The notes under the pieces were generated by a model, which saw only the letters and a program-made list of their open reading frames with translations, did not search any database and was not told where the DNA came from. A DNA stretch of 39,045 nucleotides, from IMG/VR virus record IMGVR_UViG_3300048631_000675, positions 1-39,045 of that record; one strand, written 5' to 3'. Source of the DNA: a virus (Duplodnaviria > Caudoviricetes). A program made the translations under genes and the position numbers. This document shows, in pieces, positions 25,682 through 33,638 of the stretch; within the stretch, counting starts at the first letter, position 1, and the number at the start of each line of letters is the position of its first letter.

Positions 25682-25866
25682 GGCAGACCCCGTTCGATGC
25701 GAGCGCGGTCACGGCGCATCACGCGGATGATGCTATCGAGGCGCGGACAGGGCGCGAGATAGGCCCCTATGTGCGCCGTCTGTCGCCGCTCGGCCAACGC
25801 TAGGATGCCAGCGTTCTCTTGGTCCCAGAGCCACAGGCGGAAGCGTCTAATCAGTCGGGAAATCAC
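25678..25866 (-). CDS. Hypothetical protein
   Basis: GGAGG RBS; GTGA and ATGA coupling. Confidence 0.5.
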   Translation of the reverse strand: MISRLIRRFRLWLWDQENAGILALAERRQTAHIGAYLAPCPRLDSIIRVMRRDRARIERGLP

Positions 25867-26009
25867 TTGCGGCCTCCAACATGCCAGGCACCGCAACAGG
25901 GGCAGCGATACGGCATGACGCCCCGTCGCCGGGATGCCGCCTTGGCTGCGAGGGTCCAGCTACGGAACGGGAACTTGCCCTCGCAGCTTGCGAGTTGCTT
26001 CGCGCTCAT
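25863..26009 (-). CDS. 48-aa zinc-finger-type phage protein
   Basis: MSAKQLASCEGKFPF...YRCPCCGAWHVG; GGAGG RBS; coupled at both ends. Confidence 0.6.
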   Translation of the reverse strand: MSAKQLASCEGKFPFRSWTLAAKAASRRRGVMPYRCPCCGAWHVGGRK

Positions 26010-26386
26010 GGTTTGGCCTCCAACGCGCGGCGGGCGAACTCGTTTAGCGTCCGGTATGCTTCCGCCTTGCCCCGGTCGTAGGGGCTGCCCGGCTGGCTCA
26101 TGTCGAGTTTGCCCTCGCCGTCATAGGCGGCTTGCACGTAATCGAACGACGGCACCGCGCCCGCGATATGCTCTAGCGCCGCCTCCAGTTCGGCGATGCG
26201 GGCCTGTGCGGCGGTGAGGGCGTCTTTCTTGACGTAGGCCGTCATCGGCCAGCTAACTGCGCCACAGGTCCAGCCTCTCACGCTCTTGGCGGGGTTCTCG
26301 TGCTCAAAGTACCAAGCCTTGATCTCATCGGGCAGGTTGCGCTCGCGCTCGATTGGCTCCCGTCGCTTCGGTGCGTCCATGCTCAT
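26006..26386 (-). CDS. Phage hypothetical protein
   Basis: AQARIAELEAALEHIA...ARRAL pattern typical of phage early proteins; ATGA coupling. Confidence 0.65.
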   Translation of the reverse strand: MSMDAPKRREPIERERNLPDEIKAWYFEHENPAKSVRGWTCGAVSWPMTAYVKKDALTAAQARIAELEAALEHIAGAVPSFDYVQAAYDGEGKLDMSQPGSPYDRGKAEAYRTLNEFARRALEAKP

Positions 26387-26631
26387 TCCCCCGCCATCCA
26401 TGCTTTGATCTCGGCCAGTTCCTCGGCCCCGTATCGCGCCTGCTTCGCCCGCTTGCTCTCGGTCAGCCGCCCATAGACCAGCCCGAATGTTGCGACGATG
26501 CGCCCGAACTCGGCCATGACCGGCTTGCCGCCGTCGTAGCGAACGCAGGCCGTGGCGGGGGTTGGGCCGTGGTGCGAGGGGCGCAATGGCCCCTGCACGG
26601 TGACGGTGCCGATTTGGATGCAGCGGATCAT
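26383..26631 (-). CDS. Hypothetical protein
   Basis: ATGA coupling at both ends; GGAG RBS. Confidence 0.55.
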   Translation of the reverse strand: MIRCIQIGTVTVQGPLRPSHHGPTPATACVRYDGGKPVMAEFGRIVATFGLVYGRLTESKRAKQARYGAEELAEIKAWMAGE

Positions 26632-26774
26632 GGGCGGCTCCAATCGCGGATCACGCCATACCAAACCACCCCGCCAACCATGGCCCACCACTCCCAATCC
26701 GTGAGGTCGAACCACTCAGCCGCGAGCAAGGCAATCGGAGCCATTGCGATGAAAGTCACAAGCCAGCTTTTCAT
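26628..26774 (-). CDS. 48-aa two-TM membrane protein
   Basis: MKSWLVTFIAMAPIALLAAEWFDLTDWEWWAMVGGVVWYGVIRDW; coupled. Confidence 0.55.
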   Translation of the reverse strand: MKSWLVTFIAMAPIALLAAEWFDLTDWEWWAMVGGVVWYGVIRDWSRP

Positions 26775-26998
26775 GCCGCGCCCTCCCGCTTGGCGATCTC
26801 GTCCGCGATGTAGAACGCCGCCTTGCGCAGATCCTCGACAGCCGCGCCCTTGAGATCCGCGCGCCAGATGTATTTGGTCGCATTGCCGAGGCTGAAACCC
26901 ATGTGCCGGGTCACGTCGATGCACTCGATGGTGCGCCCGCATTCGCACTTGGCCTTGCCGCTGGTGTAGTGCGGGGGGTGGTTCACCATGTCCGTCAT
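26771..26998 (-). CDS. DUF3310-family protein
   Basis: DMVNHPPHYT...IECID...GFSLGNATKYIWRA..K...EDLRKAAFY. Confidence 0.85.
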   Translation of the reverse strand: MTDMVNHPPHYTSGKAKCECGRTIECIDVTRHMGFSLGNATKYIWRADLKGAAVEDLRKAAFYIADEIAKREGAA

Positions 26999-27192
26999 GC
27001 CGCTACCCTTTCCAGTTCGCGCCGCAGCGCCTCGTTTTCAGCCGTGAGCCGGTCCACTTGCCCGGCCAGGAAGTCGCGCTTCCGCTTGATGTCTTGCAGC
27101 GCCTCAAATTGCGCCTCGCACCGCTGGGTCAGTCGGGCGATCTCGTTGCGCTGCTTTGCCATCGTGGCCTGCGCCTTGGGGTCCAGCTTCAT
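26995..27192 (-). CDS. Coiled-coil hypothetical protein
   Basis: GGAGG RBS; ATGA coupling. Confidence 0.6.
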   Translation of the reverse strand: MKLDPKAQATMAKQRNEIARLTQRCEAQFEALQDIKRKRDFLAGQVDRLTAENEALRRELERVAA

Positions 27193-27995
27193 GCGGCCTC
27201 CACTACGGCGCGGTATTGCGCCCAACGGTCGAAGTTGCGGTGACGGCCCGGCCAGGAATAGGACGGGTCGGCCATTGCCTGATGCTCGAATGGGCTGGCG
27301 TGGAGCGGTTCGCCTTTCAGCTTGCCCACGCGGGCCTGCTCGGACGCCATGTCGTCCTGCCCGTTGAAAGGGGCATACGAGATCCGGGCGCAGCGGACGG
27401 CGGACAGGTCGAGCAGGTGTTCGTGACACATGCCCGCCCGCTCGGCGTCGGTGATGTATGGCATGTGCCATTCCCCGATGGCGAGGTGCTGCGGCTCGGC
27501 TTCCTCGATGGCCTCGCGGATCATCACGGCGAGGTCGCGGAGGTGCGGCTCGGCGTCGGCGTGGTCGCGCAGGGCAAAGAAGCCGTTCCACTCTGTCGCG
27601 GTGACGAGGGCGTCAATCCACAGATACGGCTCAAGTAGCCTGTTAACGTTTTGCTTGTGCGCCCCCGCGACTTGGAGTAGCTGCGCGGTGAACGCCGCCG
27701 ACTTGGCCGAGACGCGCCACTCATTAGCACACCATGCGGCCTCGTCCTCGCTCATGGCTTCCTTGGCCTGCATCCCCGGCATGTTCTTGCCCCAGTGCCA
27801 CGGCACGAACGGCTCGTTACGAACTTCCTCGATCATCCGCTTGACCGGCACGGCCCGTGAGGAACGCGCGTTGCGGCTCATGGTCCGATGCGTCAGGATC
27901 TCGGGCCAGATGATGCGCGGCAAGCGCAGGTGCAGCGTGTAGATCGGCGGGCAGCCGTCGCACTCGCTGGCAAGGATCATCTTTGCGAACATCAT
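27189..27995 (-). CDS. thyX: Flavin-dependent thymidylate synthase, phage type
   Basis: EILTHRTMSRNARSSRAVP (variant of RHRxxS...S.R), HKQNVNRLLEPY, FFALR.H..AEPH, HASPFEHQA. Confidence 0.85.
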   Translation of the reverse strand: MMFAKMILASECDGCPPIYTLHLRLPRIIWPEILTHRTMSRNARSSRAVPVKRMIEEVRNEPFVPWHWGKNMPGMQAKEAMSEDEAAWCANEWRVSAKSAAFTAQLLQVAGAHKQNVNRLLEPYLWIDALVTATEWNGFFALRDHADAEPHLRDLAVMIREAIEEAEPQHLAIGEWHMPYITDAERAGMCHEHLLDLSAVRCARISYAPFNGQDDMASEQARVGKLKGEPLHASPFEHQAMADPSYSWPGRHRNFDRWAQYRAVVEAA

Positions 27996-28861
27996 GCCGC
28001 AGCCTCCACGATTGCGAGAAGCGTCTTGCGGATCTCGTCGTTGCTGTTTCCGGCCTTGCGCATCTCCTTGACGAGACGGGCGGCGGTGTCCTTGCAGGCT
28101 TCCATCGAGGTCGCCACGCACATGGCAGGCAGACGGCGATTGCGCGGGATGGAGATGCCCATGACCCGGCAGTCATGCTGCACCACGTCCAGCGGAACCC
28201 CGAGGACGATGGACATCTGACGTCCGCCCATGCCCTGCTCGATCAGCGCGGGGATCTTCGCGCGGCGGGCGGCGACCTTCGGGCAAGGAGCCGGGCCGGG
28301 GCGGCGCTGCTTGGGGTTCTTGTAGGCCGGGGCCGCCTTCGGCATCTTGATTCCGAGCGCCTTCACGTCGTCCCAGATCGTGCGGGAGTTGACCCCGCAT
28401 TGCGCTGCGATCTCGGGGGCAGTCATCCCCTTCCCCACCAGCTTGGAGACCTTGGCGCGGCGGGCATCCACACGGGCGCAAACGGACGGCAGGCGAGCGG
28501 GGCGCGGGAACGTGCGGCCCATGGCCTTCGCATCGGCGGAAACCGTGTGAGTGCTTACGCCAAGCGTTGTGGCGATCTGCTCGCGGGTCATGCCCTGATC
28601 CATGAGGCCGATCACGGTTTCGCGCCGCTGGATCTGCTCAGGCGTCGGCCCGGCCTTCTTGCGGTTGAAATGCCGCTGCATCGACCCGCGATAGAGGGCC
28701 GTTGCCCGCTCCTTGTCCTTCGGCACCAGCCGGTTGATTTTGCTGCACCAGATATACTCGATCTCGGCGGCGCTCGCCCCGGTGGCGCAGCGGGTGACTT
28801 TACCCGCCGCAACCTTCGCGTCGATCAGGGCGCGTTCTTCTGCGGTGATCGTGGCGGGCAT
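27992..28861 (-). CDS. Protein with three tandem HTH-like repeats
   Basis: Three ~37-aa repeats of the form RRxxV..L...GMT..qIA..lGVs..tV..D.k.lG. Confidence 0.75.
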   Translation of the reverse strand: MPATITAEERALIDAKVAAGKVTRCATGASAAEIEYIWCSKINRLVPKDKERATALYRGSMQRHFNRKKAGPTPEQIQRRETVIGLMDQGMTREQIATTLGVSTHTVSADAKAMGRTFPRPARLPSVCARVDARRAKVSKLVGKGMTAPEIAAQCGVNSRTIWDDVKALGIKMPKAAPAYKNPKQRRPGPAPCPKVAARRAKIPALIEQGMGGRQMSIVLGVPLDVVQHDCRVMGISIPRNRRLPAMCVATSMEACKDTAARLVKEMRKAGNSNDEIRKTLLAIVEAAA

Positions 28862-29316
28862 CAGAAGGGGATCTCGTCGTCAATGTCGCGCGAGCCGTAG
28901 ATCTGAGACTGCCCGCCCTGCTGCTGCCCGTAGTCGCCGCCGCGATCGTCCGAGCCGCCTTCGGGCTTGCCACCCAAGAGCGTCAGGTTGCCGTTGAACG
29001 GGCGCAGAACGATCTCGGTGCTGTAGCGATCCTGCCCCGACTGGTCCTGCCACTTCCGGGTTTCAAGCTGGCCCTCGATGTAGACGGTCGAGCCTTTGCG
29101 GAGATACTGCTCGGCAATGCGGGCCAGCGGCTCGTTGAAGATGGCGACCGAGTGCCATTCAGTGCGCTCCTTGCGCTCGCCGCTGCTCTTGTCCTTCCAC
29201 GTCTCGGAGGTGGCGATGCGGAGGTTCACGACCTTGCCGCCATTCTGGAACGAACGCACCTCGGGGTCGCGCCCCAAGTTTCCGACGATGATGACCTTGT
29301 TGACGCTGCCAGCCAT
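28861..29316 (-). CDS. ssb: Single-stranded DNA-binding protein
   Basis: [21 protein letters not shown]...TEWH...[16 protein letters not shown]...DDEIPF. Confidence 0.97.
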   Translation of the reverse strand: MAGSVNKVIIVGNLGRDPEVRSFQNGGKVVNLRIATSETWKDKSSGERKERTEWHSVAIFNEPLARIAEQYLRKGSTVYIEGQLETRKWQDQSGQDRYSTEIVLRPFNGNLTLLGGKPEGGSDDRGGDYGQQQGGQSQIYGSRDIDDEIPF

Positions 29317-29318
29317 GC

Positions 29319-29555
29319 TCAGTTCCCCAGTGCGGTTTCGTAAAGTTCAAGGATCGCGTCGGCCTCGGCCACGGCGTCCCGGTCTTTCTTGCGGCGGGCG
29401 AGGATGGTGCGGATCGTGGACACCGAGTAGCCTTGGCCCTTGGCCTCCGCGAACACCTCGGCCTTTGCGTCCTTGGCGTCCTGCTCCTCGGCGGTCAGGC
29501 GCTCCAGGCGTTCGATGATGGCGCGCAGTTCGTCGCCCGCGATGTTGTCGGCCAT
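29319..29555 (-). CDS. gapR: GapR / DUF2312 nucleoid-associated protein homologue
   Basis: [16 protein letters not shown]......[12 protein letters not shown]....[11 protein letters not shown]....[15 protein letters not shown]. Confidence 0.9.
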   Translation of the reverse strand: MADNIAGDELRAIIERLERLTAEEQDAKDAKAEVFAEAKGQGYSVSTIRTILARRKKDRDAVAEADAILELYETALGN

Positions 29556-29869
29556 TACGCGGCCTCCCTGTGAATGGTGATCGTGAAGTGCTGCGCCTTG
29601 AGCCGGTGAGCGGCTTGCGCGAGGCCGTGCAGCAACTCGGGGTCGCGGCTGTCGGCCACCCGGCCAATGGCGTAGAGAACCGAGGTGTGGTCGCGCTTGA
29701 ACGCCCGCCCGATCTCGGGCAGCGAACGGTTGCCAGCCTCGCGGGCGAGATACATGGCGACGTGTCGCGGCTTGACGAACTCGGGCAGACGTCGGGTGCC
29801 GGTGATGTCCGAAGGCTCGACGCCGAACACGTCGGCCACGGTGGCGATGATGTCGCGAATGAGGATCAT
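29555..29869 (-). CDS. Stand-alone DnaA C-terminal (domain IV) DNA-binding protein
   Basis: IIATVADVFGVEPSDITGTRR....VKPRHVAMYLARE....SLPEIGRAFKRDHTSVLYAI. Confidence 0.88.
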   Translation of the reverse strand: MILIRDIIATVADVFGVEPSDITGTRRLPEFVKPRHVAMYLAREAGNRSLPEIGRAFKRDHTSVLYAIGRVADSRDPELLHGLAQAAHRLKAQHFTITIHREAA

Positions 29870-30117
29870 TCCGCAGCCTCCCCGCAACCGCCCGGCTCAT
29901 GGGTCCAGCCAACCGGCTTGAGGTCGTGCGACTTGCCCTCACGATCCCAAAAGCAGGCATAGCCGTTGTCGAAAAACGCCACGTCCTGAACCTTCGGCAT
30001 CACGCGCGCATTCTCGAAATGCAGGCAGGTTTCCACGCCGTCGAGATCCACGGCCCACAGGCGGCTAACGCCCGGCTGGGTCGCCACGACTTCGATGATG
30101 GGTCCGCCGATGCTCAT
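29866..30117 (-). CDS. Hypothetical protein
   Basis: GGAGG RBS; ATGA coupling. Confidence 0.55.
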   Translation of the reverse strand: MSIGGPIIEVVATQPGVSRLWAVDLDGVETCLHFENARVMPKVQDVAFFDNGYACFWDREGKSHDLKPVGWTHEPGGCGEAAE

Positions 30118-30563
30118 GCCGAACCCTCCCCGGTCTTCGGGAACCGCTTGAACCCGAAGCCCGCGAGGCCAGCTTCGCGCAGGATCTCCTCGGCCTTTTC
30201 GGGCGAGCAAGGAACGCGCTCCTCATCCTGCTGCGGCTTCACAAGCTGCGGCTTGGGGCGGGCCTTGAGGATCAGGCGATAGAGCGCGCCCGCGTCGGGC
30301 TTGGCGAGACGGCCAGCGGCGGAACGGGGGCCAACCTTCTGGTATTCGGTCCACGCGGCGCGGATCTCGGAATGCGAGCAGTTTTCGAGAACGTCCATCC
30401 AGCCTTCGATTTCCAGCGCGCGGACGGCATCGCCCGTCGCGTCGTCGCGCCAGAACTGGCCGAGAATGGCCTCGGCCCTAACCCCAATCTTGGCCCGATG
30501 ATCCCGCTGCTGCTGCGGAGACAATGCGTTGAAGCCGGTTGCTGTCGTGGGCAGGTTGGTCAT
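30114..30563 (-). CDS. Replication-associated hypothetical protein (helicase-loader position)
   Basis: GGAGGA RBS; follows the initiator gene; W...L......I..A...Y pattern. Confidence 0.6.
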   Translation of the reverse strand: MTNLPTTATGFNALSPQQQRDHRAKIGVRAEAILGQFWRDDATGDAVRALEIEGWMDVLENCSHSEIRAAWTEYQKVGPRSAAGRLAKPDAGALYRLILKARPKPQLVKPQQDEERVPCSPEKAEEILREAGLAGFGFKRFPKTGEGSA

Positions 30564-31236
30564 GGCGTCCTCCGGGAATTGCTTTGAGTTGGGGGGCATT
30601 GCTGTTTCGCATCCAGTTTCGCCAAGTCGCGTACCAGTCACGCTTGACGCCCTTCTGGCCGGGGGCTGAGATCCAGTAATCTCGGAACCTGTCGGCCTGA
30701 TCGCGAACGGTCTGCTCGTTCCACCCTTCGCCTAGCGCCCACTCGCCCCATTCGCGGGGGAGCAGCCAGCCATCTGGCAAACGGCTGCCGCGCTTGTTTT
30801 TGGAAGAAGCGTTAGCTTCTTCTTTTACTGGTTCTGGTTCTGGTTCTGGTTGCTTTGTCCCGGCTTTAGCCCGGCTTTTGCTCACATCGTTTGTTTTCAA
30901 CGACTTGGGCGGACGGCCACCCATTTTGCCAGCCTGCGAACGCTTCTTGTGCGTCTCGTCTGCTTTCGCAAATTCGCGGGTGAGGCGGGCCGAGAAAACG
31001 CGGCCTTTCTGACGCTGGAAGAACTCAGCGATCAGCGGCTTCACGACGCGCTCATAGGTCGCCATGTCGCAACGCATCCGGCGCATGATCCATGCGTCGT
31101 CATCGGGCAGGCTGCATCCAGGCGTCATCCACATGAGGCGCAGGAGGCGGTTGTATGCGCCATCTTCCTCAAGCGTCAGGTGCGACGTATCCGCTTCGAA
31201 GTCGGCGGGATACATCGGGAAATATGGGAGGCTCAT
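30478..31236 (-). CDS. Replication initiator-like protein (DUF1376/YdaU N-terminus)
   Basis: PYFPMYPADFEADTSHLTLEEDGAYNRLLRLMW; C-terminal RGSRLPDGW...FRDYW...K.DWYATWRNW. Confidence 0.85.
   Translation of the reverse strand: MSLPYFPMYPADFEADTSHLTLEEDGAYNRLLRLMWMTPGCSLPDDDAWIMRRMRCDMATYERVVKPLIAEFFQRQKGRVFSARLTREFAKADETHKKRSQAGKMGGRPPKSLKTNDVSKSRAKAGTKQPEPEPEPVKEEANASSKNKRGSRLPDGWLLPREWGEWALGEGWNEQTVRDQADRFRDYWISAPGQKGVKRDWYATWRNWMRNSNAPQLKAIPGGRHDQPAHDSNRLQRIVSAAAAGSSGQDWG
30828..30881. repeat. Short direct repeats inside the initiator gene (candidate origin iterons)
   Basis: Minus strand AAAAGCCGGG-CTAAAGCCGGG-ACAAAGC followed by (AACCAG)x4, in a locally AT-rich stretch. Confidence 0.45.
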
Positions 31237-31426
31237 GACGCCACCTCGCGGGTGACGCTCGGAATCCGGTCGCGGGCCACCCGAAGGGGTTGCCAAGCGC
31301 CGGGGGCGCTAATATGTGTCATGAAAGGTTGTTGCTCCGGGCTACAGACGGGGTTGCAATTTAGGAGCGATGGAGGGTCACAGGCCTCTGTCGCTCCGTT
31401 CGTTTTACAGGGAAGTGATTCGCGAA

Positions 31427-32143
31427 TCAAGCGATATCCCCCTTATTTTCTTGGCAGAATCCATCGAAGATCGACGTTTGCACCGGGGCCACGCGAGCCG
31501 GTTGCGGCACGAACATGTCGGGTTGGCGGTGCGCTTCCTCGATCCGGCGAACCATAATCGCGAAGTAATCGGGGTCGCGTTCAATGCCGATGAACGAACG
31601 CCCCAGCTTGACGCAGGCCACGCCCGTGGTGCCTGACCCAGCGAACGGATCGAGGATCGTCTGCGCTTTGGGGAGGAAGCCCAGACACCACTCCATGAGG
31701 GCGACAGGTTTTTGCGAAGGGTGCGCCTTGTCCATACGCGAATATGCCTCAACCTGAGACATGCGGAACGCGCGCGCGTTCTTGTCGAATGTCGTCCACG
31801 CCATTTCAAAATGCGCAGTAGAATACCACGCATCAGGTTGCCCCTTGTCCCAGATCATCCAGCACCGCGAGGGAGGGAATGGATAATAGTTGCCGCCCCA
31901 AACGATTGCATCCGGGGCAGCAGCGGCGATGGCAGGAACAAGGCCGGGAACCGTTGTGCGGTCCCATGCCTGCTCCCCCCATAGCTTGCCCTTAGAACCG
32001 GCTTTCGCTTTTCCCGTCCCGATCCCATACGGCGGATCAGTCACCACAGCATCAACCGGCTCCAACTCGCGCATCACCCCGAGGCAATCCCCGAGCAGGA
32101 GACGCGCGTTGCCGATCACGACCTCTTTGCGAATGGCGGTCAT
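31427..32143 (-). CDS. Orphan DNA methyltransferase (N6-A/N4-C, beta order)
   Basis: VTDPPYG catalytic motif before HPSQKP and LDPFAGSGTTG SAM-binding motif. Confidence 0.92.
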   Translation of the reverse strand: MTAIRKEVVIGNARLLLGDCLGVMRELEPVDAVVTDPPYGIGTGKAKAGSKGKLWGEQAWDRTTVPGLVPAIAAAAPDAIVWGGNYYPFPPSRCWMIWDKGQPDAWYSTAHFEMAWTTFDKNARAFRMSQVEAYSRMDKAHPSQKPVALMEWCLGFLPKAQTILDPFAGSGTTGVACVKLGRSFIGIERDPDYFAIMVRRIEEAHRQPDMFVPQPARVAPVQTSIFDGFCQENKGDIA

Positions 32144-32496
32144 TGTGCGCCCTCCCCAATCTCGACCAGCACCGCGCCGCCCTTCACAGGATCGCCAACG
32201 CGGTAGGTCGGGATGAACCGGCTGTCATCGAGGCCGATGGCATCGGACAGCCCATCCTGGCCCGCCTTGAAGCTGGCAATGAGGTTGTCGCGGTCCCGGC
32301 GGCGCTTGTTCGGCGGGCAGAACGTGATCGTCATCGGCAGCGGGTCGGGAAGGATGGTCCCCTCGAAGATGCCAGCGGCGCGGGTCGCCCATGCGCAGTC
32401 GGCGCGATACTTGGCCGTTGCAGCGCGCTTCGGTGCCCAGTGGATGCGGGCGTTAGGCGAGAGGCAGGACGGGGGCCAGGGAAGCTGTGCGCGCAT
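32140..32496 (-). CDS. RusA-like Holliday junction endonuclease
   Basis: LPWPPS.LSPN...ITFCPPNKRRRDRDNL...K...DGLSDAIGLDDSRF. Confidence 0.8.
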   Translation of the reverse strand: MRAQLPWPPSCLSPNARIHWAPKRAATAKYRADCAWATRAAGIFEGTILPDPLPMTITFCPPNKRRRDRDNLIASFKAGQDGLSDAIGLDDSRFIPTYRVGDPVKGGAVLVEIGEGAQ

Positions 32497-32741
32497 CAGC
32501 GAACCTCGCGGGAATAAGAGGCCCCCGACTGCCGAGGGAGGGCAGCAGCCGGGGACAGTTGCCGCGCCGAGGGACAGGACAGCGCGGATTCGAGCGCCCA
32601 AGCTGCATCAGCGTTGGGGGCGTAATCGGTGAAGGCACCGCAGGCGCAGGAGAGCCACCATGGCCCCTTGGAGCCGTTGCGGGCCGTGTGCCAGCGCAGG
32701 GTGATGCGTGGGTGATCGCAGCAGAGGCCCGAGGCGGTCAT
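32496..32741 (-). CDS. Cys-containing hypothetical protein
   Basis: Coupled to both neighbours; CC...CxCG. Confidence 0.5.
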   Translation of the reverse strand: MTASGLCCDHPRITLRWHTARNGSKGPWWLSCACGAFTDYAPNADAAWALESALSCPSARQLSPAAALPRQSGASYSREVR

Positions 32742-33025
32742 TGCGTGGCCTCTTTTGTCCTCAGCCGTTCACCATTTTGGATAGGTGAGGCTTGAACGCT
32801 GGTTTTTTCGCGCCCACGTTTCTTCTGTCGCGACAATTCACGCCGCATCAGAATGAAGGATCTGACCTTTGCCTCAGTCTCCGGCCAAACCCGCCCGCCG
32901 CTGCGAAGCCGCGCGACAAGTTCGGAGTTTCCGGCGGACCTCTTGCCAAAGTAGCTTGCGCTCATGTCGGCTTCGGACATGAACGCCTCAATCTCGGCGA
33001 GCAGGGGGGAATGTCTGGATGTCAT
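32738..33025 (-). CDS. Cro-like HTH regulator
   Basis: LLAEIEAFM....MSASYFGKRSAGNSELVARLRSG....PETEAKVRSFI; divergent from the repressor and first gene of the leftward operon. Confidence 0.8.
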   Translation of the reverse strand: MTSRHSPLLAEIEAFMSEADMSASYFGKRSAGNSELVARLRSGGRVWPETEAKVRSFILMRRELSRQKKRGREKTSVQASPIQNGERLRTKEATQ

Positions 33026-33032
33026 GCCTCGC

Positions 33033-33107
33033 ACCATATCCTCTATAGAGGATAGGTCAAGCGGTTTCTATCGAGGACGTGCTTCCTTGTCCTCAATCGG
33101 GGACAAT
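33033..33107. promoter_or_regulatory. OR-like operator/promoter region with three operators
   Basis: ATCCTCTATAGAGGAT (33038-53), GGTTTCTATCGAGGAC (33063-78), GTCCTCAATCGGGGAC (33089-104); minus-strand TTGACC-N16-TATGGT overlaps the first. Confidence 0.85.
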
Positions 33108-33113
33108 ATCCCC

Positions 33114-33413
33114 ATGAGCGATGATCTGTGGCGCGCCCGTTTAGCCGAGGCGATTCAAGTGAGTGGGAAGTCAGCCCGTGCCGTCTCGACAGAGGCCGGT
33201 CTTGGCGTTGGCTATGTCCACTCGATCCTTAAAGAAGGCAAAGATCCGACCATCGAGCGGCTTGTTGCCGTCTGCGATGCAATCCCGGTAAGCCTCATAT
33301 ATGTGCTATATGGCGTTGATGCCGAACCCGACGACATCGAAATCTTAAAGCTGCTCCAAGAGAACCCGAGCGCCCGCAGGGGCATTCTCGCTATCCTCGG
33401 CAAATCTTCCTGA
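33114..33413 (+). CDS. XRE-family HTH repressor, 99 aa, no peptidase domain
   Basis: RLAEAI...GKSARAVSTEAGLGVGYVHSILKEGKDPTIERLVAVCDAIPVSLIYVLYG. Confidence 0.88.
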   Translation: MSDDLWRARLAEAIQVSGKSARAVSTEAGLGVGYVHSILKEGKDPTIERLVAVCDAIPVSLIYVLYGVDAEPDDIEILKLLQENPSARRGILAILGKSS

Positions 33414-33486
33414 TTTCCTGGATGGCCCCCTGCTTCTCAGCGGGGGTCATCTGACCGAGAATCTTAAGCAAATCTTGGACCGTCAT
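33391..33486 (-). CDS. 31-aa small ORF, candidate LexA-controlled antirepressor
   Basis: MTVQDLLKILGQMTPAEKQGAIQEIRKICRG; TAAGGAGG Shine-Dalgarno 7 nt upstream; LexA box further upstream. Confidence 0.65.
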   Translation of the reverse strand: MTVQDLLKILGQMTPAEKQGAIQEIRKICRG

Positions 33487-33505
33487 GGGCGCGCCTCCTT
33501 AGCGC

Positions 33506-33520
33506 GTTCTATCAAAGTTC
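33506..33520. promoter_or_regulatory. Alphaproteobacterial LexA (SOS) box
   Basis: GTTC-TATCAAA-GTTC matches GTTC-N7-GTTC. Confidence 0.7.
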
Positions 33521-33545
33521 TCCCCCCAGTAGTAGCTTAAAGTCG

Positions 33546-33568
33546 AAGCCCGCTTCTGCGGGTCTTTT
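33546..33568 (+). terminator. Intrinsic terminator downstream of the repressor
   Basis: AAGCCCGC-TTCT-GCGGGTCTTTT. Confidence 0.6.
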
Positions 33569-33584
33569 CGTCTCGCGCGAAAAT

Positions 33585-33638
33585 ATCCTCAAATGAGGAC
33601 ACAAACTCCTTGACCGTCCTCTATAGAGGATATATTGT
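33585..33638 (+). promoter_or_regulatory. OL/PL-like promoter with two operators
   Basis: ATCCTCAAATGAGGAC (33585-600), GTCCTCTATAGAGGAT (33616-31); TTGACC (33610)-N17-TATTGT (33633). Confidence 0.85.

Noticed and set aside
31427-32143. Restriction-modification system or CcrM orthologue
   Set aside because: No cognate restriction gene adjacent (the neighbour is RusA-like). The protein is short and lacks the CcrM C-terminal extension. Orphan methylases are routine in phages.
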